DNA of 64,000 nucleotides from an uncultured Pseudomonadota bacterium (GTDB lineage Bacteria; Pseudomonadota; Alphaproteobacteria; RF32; CAG-239): NCBI GenBank assembly GCA_949295915.1, contig CASFNB010000002.1, positions 45,729 to 109,728 of the forward strand, read 5' to 3'. Shown piece by piece: positions 57,618 to 64,000 of this stretch (position 1 is its first letter; each line of letters starts with the position of its first letter). The notes under the pieces were generated by a model. It saw only the letters and a program-made list of their open reading frames with translations, ran no database searches and was not told where the DNA came from. The position numbers and the translations under genes were made by a program.

Positions 57618-58385
57618 TTATTCATCATCATTCAAATTGTTATCAAAATCATCATTATCAGCAGAATCATCGGTAAGCATCAACGGCTCTTCATCTTGCA
57701 TTTCAATTTTTTTGCGACGACCGCGACGTTTTTTCTGCGGAGCTTTTTTCTTAACGGCTTCAATGATATAGTTACCGGCAATTTTATATAAATCAACCAA
57801 ATGATTATTATACATATGGTCGGCTTCTTCCAAGAGAGCAAAATCGACTTGAACATTACGTTGAGTATTCAAGCGTTTAGCAAGGGTAGCCACACTTTGC
57901 GGATTAACAATTTCATCAGCACCGCCCTGCACGATCAGACCGGAGGTCGGACATGGAGCCAAGAAAGAAAAGTCTTTTTCATTAGCCGGAGGAGAAACTG
58001 CAATAAAGTTATTAATATCAGGACGGCGCATTAAGAGTTGCAAACCGATCCACGCACCGAAAGAATAACCGGCAATCCAGCACTGACGTGCTTCCGGATT
58101 AACGGACTGCAACCAATCGAGAGCTACGGTAGCATCCGAAAGTTCGCCCGGACCATCTTCGAATTCACCTTGGGAACGACCAACGCTTCTGAAATTGAAA
58201 CGTAAAACCGAAAATCCTAAACGCTCAAAACAACTAAACAAAGTATAAACCACTTTGTTATTCATGGTGCCGCCGTATTGCGGATGTGGGTGTAAAATCA
58301 AAGCAATCGGGGCAGCCGGATTATCACTTTGATGATAACGTCCTTCCAATCTGCCGGCTAAACCGTTAAAAAGTACTTCAGTCAT
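57618..58385 (-). CDS. Alpha/beta-hydrolase fold protein with a charged C-terminal tail
   Basis: …LILHPHPQYGGTMNNK… and GYSFGAW nucleophile elbow. C-terminal KKRRGRRKK plus a D/E-rich tail. Confidence 0.75.
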   Translation of the reverse strand: MTEVLFNGLAGRLEGRYHQSDNPAAPIALILHPHPQYGGTMNNKVVYTLFSCFERLGFSVLRFNFRSVGRSQGEFEDGPGELSDATVALDWLQSVNPEARQCWIAGYSFGAWIGLQLLMRRPDINNFIAVSPPANEKDFSFLAPCPTSGLIVQGGADEIVNPQSVATLAKRLNTQRNVQVDFALLEEADHMYNNHLVDLYKIAGNYIIEAVKKKAPQKKRRGRRKKIEMQDEEPLMLTDDSADNDDFDNNLNDDE

Positions 58386-58469
58386 ATAAATTCTCTTCTT
58401 AACTCAAAATTTAACATCTTTATAGTATATATAACAATAAAGATATATAAATTATTAATTTTTTGAGGA

Positions 58470-59159
58470 ATGTACCACAAAATGATTGAAAAATACAAGT
58501 TAATTTTAAAAGACGTCGATGCCGTCATTCAAAGAGATCCCGCCACAGGAAGCCGAACGGCAGCGATTCTCTGCTCTTCTGGCTTACACGCCATTTTGTT
58601 TTATCGCTTTAATCATTTTCTTTGGAAGAAAAATTTTAAGCTGACGGCCCGCATCTTCTCACAAATAGCCCGTTTTTTAACCGGAATCGAGATTCATCCG
58701 GGAGCAAAAATCGGTGAAGGATTTTTCATTGATCATGGCATGGGTGTGGTCATCGGAGAAACAGCAGAAATCGGCAACAATGTCACCATGTATCATGATG
58801 TAACTTTGGGCGGAACAACCGTATTCAATGAAAAAGGCAAAGTTATGACCAAACGCCATCCGACAATCGGAAATAATGTAATCATTGGTTCGGGCGCGCA
58901 AATTTTGGGTCCGATTACAATCGGCAATAATGTAAAAGTTGGTTCCAATGCCGTTGTTTTGAAAGATGTTGCTGCAAACATGACGGTTGTTGGTGTTCCT
59001 GCGCATCATAGTCAACAAAACAAAGATGAGAAAAAGCGTTTTGAAGCTTATGGCGTAACGGCTCAAATCAAAGACCCCATTGCTGAAAAAATCGAAAAAC
59101 TAAACGAAGAAGTTATTAAACTGCAAAAAGAAATAAGCGAACTTAAAAAAAATGCCTGA
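58470..59159 (+). CDS. cysE: Serine O-acetyltransferase with a C-terminal coiled-coil extension
   Basis: Hexapeptide repeats …[38 protein letters not shown]… and a C-terminal tail of about 45 aa (…[24 protein letters not shown]). Confidence 0.85.
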   Translation: MYHKMIEKYKLILKDVDAVIQRDPATGSRTAAILCSSGLHAILFYRFNHFLWKKNFKLTARIFSQIARFLTGIEIHPGAKIGEGFFIDHGMGVVIGETAEIGNNVTMYHDVTLGGTTVFNEKGKVMTKRHPTIGNNVIIGSGAQILGPITIGNNVKVGSNAVVLKDVAANMTVVGVPAHHSQQNKDEKKRFEAYGVTAQIKDPIAEKIEKLNEEVIKLQKEISELKKNA

Positions 59160-60249
59160 AAATTTATTAAACATAGACAAGCCGATATCACAAACCAGAG
59201 TTTGTGTTGCCATGTCCGGCGGTGTTGATAGCTCTGCAGCGGCAGTGTTGTTAAAGCAACAAGGTTACGAAGTCTTCGGACTGACGATGGATTTACTGCA
59301 ACCACCTTATGCTCCTGAAATTTCTTCAATTAAAGATGCCAAAAAAGTTGCGGAACATTTAGGTATTGAACACCATTTTATAGATTATAAAAAAGATTTT
59401 GCTAATAAGGTTGTACACTATTTTACCAACGCCTATAAAGAAGGTTTGACCCCCTCTCCTTGCATTATGTGCAATCGCCACATCAAACTTGGTTTGCTGG
59501 CAGATAAAGCCCGAGAGCTTGGTGCCGATATTTTGGTTACCGGACATTATGCCAATATTCACGTAACAAAAAACGGTGTTGAACTGCATAAAGGTGCAGA
59601 TTTAAAAAAAGACCAAAGCTACTTTTTGTTTGATATTGAAAAACGCAATTTAGAAATGCTGCGTTGTCCGTTAGCCGATTATACCAAAGAACAAACTCGA
59701 GCTTTGGTACAATCGGCAGGTTTGGAAATTTATAAAAAGTCAGACAGTCAAGATATATGTTTTGTCAACAACGGTAAATATGCCGATTTAATTAAAAGTC
59801 TTAATTCTGATTTTAAGAATGAAGCCGGAGATATTGTTATGACCGATGGTAAAATTATCGGCAAGCATAAAGGCTTGATAAACTATACGGTCGGGCAACG
59901 ACGCGGCTTAGGTATCGGTGGAGATATTGGTATTTTATATGTATTAAAACTGGATGTAAAAAATAACCGCCTGATTGTTGGTCATGAAGATGAACTAAGA
60001 CAAAAGAAAGTTTTGATAAAAGACGTCAACTGGTTGGCAGAAGACACCCCTATTGACGGAGAATATATGGTCAAACTTCGTTCTCGTCAAAAAGAAGTTC
60101 CGGCCCATATCAAATTTTTAGAAAACAATATGGCTGAAGTTAATTTATTAAATGACTTTTACGGTGTTGCCCCTGGACAAGGCTGCTGCATATATGCCGA
60201 CACGCAAGTTATGGGGGGTGGTTTTATCTGCAAAGAAAATGATATTTAA
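59152..60249 (+). CDS. mnmA: tRNA-specific 2-thiouridylase
   Basis: PP-loop [12 protein letters not shown] and catalytic Cys residues (…SPCIMCN…). 365 aa. Confidence 0.9.
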   Translation: MPENLLNIDKPISQTRVCVAMSGGVDSSAAAVLLKQQGYEVFGLTMDLLQPPYAPEISSIKDAKKVAEHLGIEHHFIDYKKDFANKVVHYFTNAYKEGLTPSPCIMCNRHIKLGLLADKARELGADILVTGHYANIHVTKNGVELHKGADLKKDQSYFLFDIEKRNLEMLRCPLADYTKEQTRALVQSAGLEIYKKSDSQDICFVNNGKYADLIKSLNSDFKNEAGDIVMTDGKIIGKHKGLINYTVGQRRGLGIGGDIGILYVLKLDVKNNRLIVGHEDELRQKKVLIKDVNWLAEDTPIDGEYMVKLRSRQKEVPAHIKFLENNMAEVNLLNDFYGVAPGQGCCIYADTQVMGGGFICKENDI

Positions 60250-60315
60250 TTAAATTGTAACTATTAATAAGATAAAAAATAGTATATAATGAAAGTATAT
60301 GGCAGGAGAAGACCC

Positions 60316-60918
60316 ATGAAAAATTATATCGTCGGCATATCAGCCTTTTTAGGTGTTTTGTTAATATCAGGAAGTTCCTTTGCGCAACTTCCGACCAACC
60401 CGTGGGCGCCAAATCCCAATGACGGATATTTCGGCGACAATGTTGCAGACACCGATATCACACATGCTCCTGTTTATGACAATACGGAAAACGGCGGCGA
60501 AATTTTGCCTGTTGACCCATGGGCCAGAGCCCGAGATAAAAGCGGCATCAAGACATGGCGTGGCAGCGGTCAACACGGAAAATTAAACTATATCGGTGAA
60601 GCCACAACTTATACCGATGCCAAAGGGCAAGAGATGATTGCACCTGAAGTCAATCGACATAATATGATTACCGCTTTGGAACACTTGCGCAAAATGGGTT
60701 ACAAAATTCCGGACAGCTATGATGCAAAAATCAAAAGCATGCCGCAGGATTATTCTAAAAAATTGCGCACAGCATATGATGAAGTTATGCAAGCCGATGT
60801 TAAAGATGACCCCCTGCGTGGTATGACCAATGGTCTGATTGAGGTTTTTGAACGTGGCACGGGACTAGATTTGGAAAACCTGATGTTCAACTCTTTAGAT
60901 GTCTTAGGGACGGACTAA
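60316..60918 (+). CDS. Secreted hypothetical protein
   Basis: Signal peptide MKNYIVGISAFLGVLLISGSSFA|Q. No recognisable domain. Confidence 0.5.
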   Translation: MKNYIVGISAFLGVLLISGSSFAQLPTNPWAPNPNDGYFGDNVADTDITHAPVYDNTENGGEILPVDPWARARDKSGIKTWRGSGQHGKLNYIGEATTYTDAKGQEMIAPEVNRHNMITALEHLRKMGYKIPDSYDAKIKSMPQDYSKKLRTAYDEVMQADVKDDPLRGMTNGLIEVFERGTGLDLENLMFNSLDVLGTD

Positions 60919-60936
60919 TTTTTCGGAGAATTAAAC

Positions 60937-61338
60937 ATGTTAAAACCAGCAGCCTTATTAAGTTTTTCAATATTACTCGGAACAATCTCGATTTGTGTAG
61001 CTCAAGAAGCGACACCCAATGTTACCGAAGAGCAAATATCCAGTGAAATGAAAACCAAGCAAACCATGATAGAAACCAAAGGCAAAATTGTTTCTGATAT
61101 CAACAAGCAGATTTACAATTCACGCAATGATAGATTAATGAAAGAATATGTCCGCAACAGCAATGCTTTTAAACAAATGATGGATAAACAAGCTCAAAGC
61201 GTTGATATTAATGACAAAAAAGCCTTAAGCCAATATATGCAAGATGAAATTGGTTTACAAAAAGAGATAATTCAAGTAAAACTTCCCGATGAAAAAGAAA
61301 AAACAGCACGTCCTCGTGCCGCAGATTTATTAAAATAA
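60937..61338 (+). CDS. Secreted hypothetical protein (133 aa)
   Basis: Signal peptide (…ISICVA|QE). K/Q-rich helical. Confidence 0.45.
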   Translation: MLKPAALLSFSILLGTISICVAQEATPNVTEEQISSEMKTKQTMIETKGKIVSDINKQIYNSRNDRLMKEYVRNSNAFKQMMDKQAQSVDINDKKALSQYMQDEIGLQKEIIQVKLPDEKEKTARPRAADLLK

Positions 61339-61358
61339 TCGGAAGGTAATAAAAATAA

Positions 61359-62084
61359 ATGTCAAAACAACCTGTCATTATATTAGTTGGTCCGCAATTA
61401 GCGGAAAATATCGGCATGTCGGCACGCGCCATGATGAATTGCGGTTTGTACGAACTGCGCTTAGTCAATCCCAGAGAAGATCATCTGTCAGATAAAGCAA
61501 TCTCAGCCTCATCTAATGCCGAAGAAATTTTATATAACGCGAAAGTCTATTCATCCACCGAAGAAGCTATTGCCGATTTGAATTTTGTTTATGCCGCGAC
61601 AGCTCGTCATCGCGACCAGATAAAATCTGTTTATAACGCCGATACGGCAGCTATTGAAATGAATAAAATAATGGCAGAAGGAAATTCTTGCGGCATTATG
61701 TTTGGTTGTGAAAGAACCGGTTTGAGCAACGTAGATGTCAGTTTAGCCAATGCCATCATCAATATTCCCTTAAATCCCAAACACAGCTCATTAAATCTGT
61801 CGCAAGCAGTTTTGCTTATCGGTTACGAATTTTACAAAACACAAATTGAAAAGCCGGAAGTTCATCTGGAAATGAACGGTACAACTTTAGCTCCCAAAGA
61901 CAAGATTATCAAATTTGTCCAGCATTTTGAAGAATTACTGGAAAATTGCGGCAATTATCGTGCCGGCGAAAAAAGAGAAAAAATGTTCATCAACTTGCAA
62001 AACATTTTTACACGTAATCAGTTGACCGAACAAGAATTAAACACCTTATACGGTGCCATCAACTACATCAGCCGTCAAAATTAA
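61359..62084 (+). CDS. SpoU/TrmH-family RNA 2'-O-methyltransferase (TrmJ-like)
   Basis: SPOUT knot motifs …ENIGMSARAM…, …FGCERTGL…, …NIPLNPKHSSLNLSQAVLL…. Confidence 0.8.
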   Translation: MSKQPVIILVGPQLAENIGMSARAMMNCGLYELRLVNPREDHLSDKAISASSNAEEILYNAKVYSSTEEAIADLNFVYAATARHRDQIKSVYNADTAAIEMNKIMAEGNSCGIMFGCERTGLSNVDVSLANAIINIPLNPKHSSLNLSQAVLLIGYEFYKTQIEKPEVHLEMNGTTLAPKDKIIKFVQHFEELLENCGNYRAGEKREKMFINLQNIFTRNQLTEQELNTLYGAINYISRQN

Positions 62085-62147
62085 GACAAAGTTTAGGATT
62101 GTTTGTTAGACTGAAACGAAAATAATAATCTGGTTCAGGAGATAAAC

Positions 62148-63497
62148 ATGCCTGTAGAAAACTTACCCCACGTTTCAAACGTGATTTTCGGCATGAATCC
62201 GATGGTGTTATCAACAGCCATTTTGGTTGTAAGTTACATCATTTTGTTCACCGAAAAACTTAACCGTGCCGTGGTTGCTTTAATTGGCGCCAGCGTCATG
62301 ATTTTTGCCGGAATTTTAACCCAAGAAACAGCTCTCAAAGGTATAGACTTCAACACTTTGGCTTTGTTGATCGGTATGATGACGATTGTCGGCATCTCGG
62401 AAAAATCCGGTATGTTCCAATATGTTGCCATCTGGTCTGCCAAAAAAGTAAAAGCCAACCCCAGAGGAATTTTGGTCGTTTTAAGTTTGGTTACCGCCGT
62501 TTTTTCTGCTTTTTTAGATAATGTGACCACGGTTTTGCTAATTGTTCCGGTCACATTTCAAATCACCAGAAAATTACAAATCAATCCCTACCCTTATTTA
62601 ATTGCCGAAATTTTTGCATCTAATATCGGTGGTACGGCAACCTTGATTGGTGATCCTCCGAACATTTTGATTGGCTCTTCTTTAGGATTGTCTTTTACCG
62701 ACTTTCTGTTTGAACTCACACCGGTTGTCGCCTTCACCATGTTGGTACAAGTTCTTATTTTTGACTTTATTTGGGGCAAAAGAATTGTCACGACAGACGA
62801 TCACAAAAAACTGGTTATGAGCATTAATGAAGTTGATAGCATCACCGACTGGACCTTGCTCAAAAAATCTTTGTTTGTTTTGGCTGCCGTCATTTTAGGC
62901 TTTATTTGTGCCGAGCATTTTCACATTGCCAACGGAACAATTGCCATGTTTGGCGCAGCAGTTTTGCTCCTGCTCTACACCTTGGGCGAAGAACATAGCG
63001 AAAGAGAAAGAAAAGTAGAAGAAGCCTTAGGCTTGGTAGATTGGACGACCATCTTTTTCTTTGCCGGCTTGTTTGCCATTGTTTATGGCTTGGAAGAAGC
63101 CGGTGTTTTGGAACTGATGGGACAAAAGTTTGTTGAGATGACCGAAGGTAGTATTGAAAAAGCCACCATGTTGGTTATCTGGGTTTCTGCTTTTGTTTCA
63201 ACCGCCATTGATAATATCCCCTTTGTAGCAACCATGATTCCGATGATTAAATCCATGGAAGAATCAATGGGCGGCAGAGAGGCTATGATGCCGGTTTGGT
63301 GGGCTTTGTCATTAGGTGCATGCTTTGGCGGTAACGGTTCTTTGATTGCGGCATCTGCCAACGTTATTGTTGCCGGTATGGCTCAGCGCGAAGGCCACCC
63401 GATTAGCTTCTTGAAGTTTTTAATCTGGTCCATCCCGACCATGCTCATTTCCACCGGCATCGCCGCTATGTACTTACATATCAGACACTTCATGTAA
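62148..63497 (+). CDS. ArsB/NhaD-superfamily anion permease
   Basis: 449 aa with about 12 TM helices and an internal repeat architecture. Confidence 0.7.
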   Translation: MPVENLPHVSNVIFGMNPMVLSTAILVVSYIILFTEKLNRAVVALIGASVMIFAGILTQETALKGIDFNTLALLIGMMTIVGISEKSGMFQYVAIWSAKKVKANPRGILVVLSLVTAVFSAFLDNVTTVLLIVPVTFQITRKLQINPYPYLIAEIFASNIGGTATLIGDPPNILIGSSLGLSFTDFLFELTPVVAFTMLVQVLIFDFIWGKRIVTTDDHKKLVMSINEVDSITDWTLLKKSLFVLAAVILGFICAEHFHIANGTIAMFGAAVLLLLYTLGEEHSERERKVEEALGLVDWTTIFFFAGLFAIVYGLEEAGVLELMGQKFVEMTEGSIEKATMLVIWVSAFVSTAIDNIPFVATMIPMIKSMEESMGGREAMMPVWWALSLGACFGGNGSLIAASANVIVAGMAQREGHPISFLKFLIWSIPTMLISTGIAAMYLHIRHFM

Positions 63498-63521
63498 AAC
63501 ACATCATAAAAACAATAAAAA

Positions 63522-63556
63522 AAGAGGTTCAAAAAAAATGAGCCTCTTTTTTTTGT
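63522..63556. terminator. Bidirectional rho-independent terminator
   Basis: 9-bp stem aagaggttc/gagcctctt including one G·U pair, with A/T tracts on both sides. It lies between convergent genes. Confidence 0.65.
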
Positions 63557-63558
63557 TG

Positions 63559-64000
63559 TTAATTGATTTCTGCTGATTTTACAATATGCACAACTTCCAA
63601 CAGTAATTTTTTTTTATTTTGAAATTGTCCATCAGAAAGGCCTATTATTTGTTGTAATATATTTAAGCATTTTTCATCTGATTCCTTATGAAATAGCTTA
63701 AGTAATTCAGTATTTTTCAAAACCATTTCACATAAAGAGTTAAAGGTCTCCATATACTTGAGCAATTCAAAACACTCTACTTTAATTTTATTTTTTTCAG
63801 CTTCTCTGTGCCTAATATCCTGAAGCCGGCAACAAAGCGTCTGATGAAGCCTCTCATACTCTTTATGAGACCAATAATTCTGCTCTGCATTAAGTACCTC
63901 TTGACATTTTTTTATAAAAAACAGCTCATCATTCGAAAAAGAATTTTCTTGAGTATTAATCTCTTGAGTATTAATTTCTTGATCATCCTCTTTTTTAATT
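63559..64000 (-). CDS. Partial hypothetical protein (the N-terminus runs off the window)
   Basis: The minus-strand ORF continues to the window edge (…QEINTQEINTQENSFSNDELFFIKKCQ…LKYMETFNSLCEMVLKN…). Confidence 0.4.
   Translation of the reverse strand, partial: IKKEDDQEINTQEINTQENSFSNDELFFIKKCQEVLNAEQNYWSHKEYERLHQTLCCRLQDIRHREAEKNKIKVECFELLKYMETFNSLCEMVLKNTELLKLFHKESDEKCLNILQQIIGLSDGQFQNKKKLLLEVVHIVKSAEIN

Noticed and set aside
1-64000. CRISPR arrays, cas genes and obvious restriction-modification, toxin-antitoxin or other defence systems
   Set aside because: No short regularly spaced direct repeats were found, and no ORF had recognisable Cas, methyltransferase, endonuclease or toxin motifs. 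The only repeats are the tRNA-associated duplicates and the IS palindrome.

Overview
The window is an AT-rich (~33% GC) chromosomal segment that looks alphaproteobacterial and Rickettsiales- or Holosporales-like. Three things point that way: a RecA very close to Rickettsia RecA, a permuted two-piece tmRNA, and the DUF374-kdtA-lpxK and MlaD-DUF2155 gene neighbourhoods. Most of it is densely packed housekeeping: lon, hupB, recA, alaS, gatCAB, sppA, fabI, kdtA/lpxK, opgG, map, dut/thyX, cysE, mnmA, a trmJ-like gene, tmRNA with sspB, and four tRNAs (Val-UAC, Ser-GCU, Arg-UCU, Pro-UGG). The accessory or unusual content is as follows. (1) A 1860-aa signal-peptide-less giant protein next to recA carries an N-terminal M48-like HELGH zinc-peptidase motif and a C-terminal UbiB/ABC1-type atypical kinase domain. 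It is a candidate novel effector or toxin. (2) An orphan [FeFe]-hydrogenase maturase HydG sits beside a TM1266-type small regulator, with no hydA/E/F in the window. Next to them is an orphan PilT/DotB-like secretion ATPase with a long low-complexity N-terminus. (3) An IS110-family insertion sequence has a GC-rich 5' region and a 28-bp perfect palindrome. (4) Two tRNA loci (Val, Pro) each carry a tandem, near-identical duplicate of the tRNA 3' end plus its downstream flank, which are integration or att-like footprints. (5) A Gld-like ABC transporter operon (ATPase, permease, GldG-like, DUF4340) is followed by tandem MlaD paralogs. (6) An ECF sigma factor is paired with a His/Pro-rich LTXXQ periplasmic protein. 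(7) A lone FliN/SpoA-domain protein and a GT10-like glycosyltransferase flank the lipid A core genes. (8) Several proteins have no homology I can recognise and are candidate secreted or effector proteins. All calls come from reading the sequence and the ORF translations. No database search was run.
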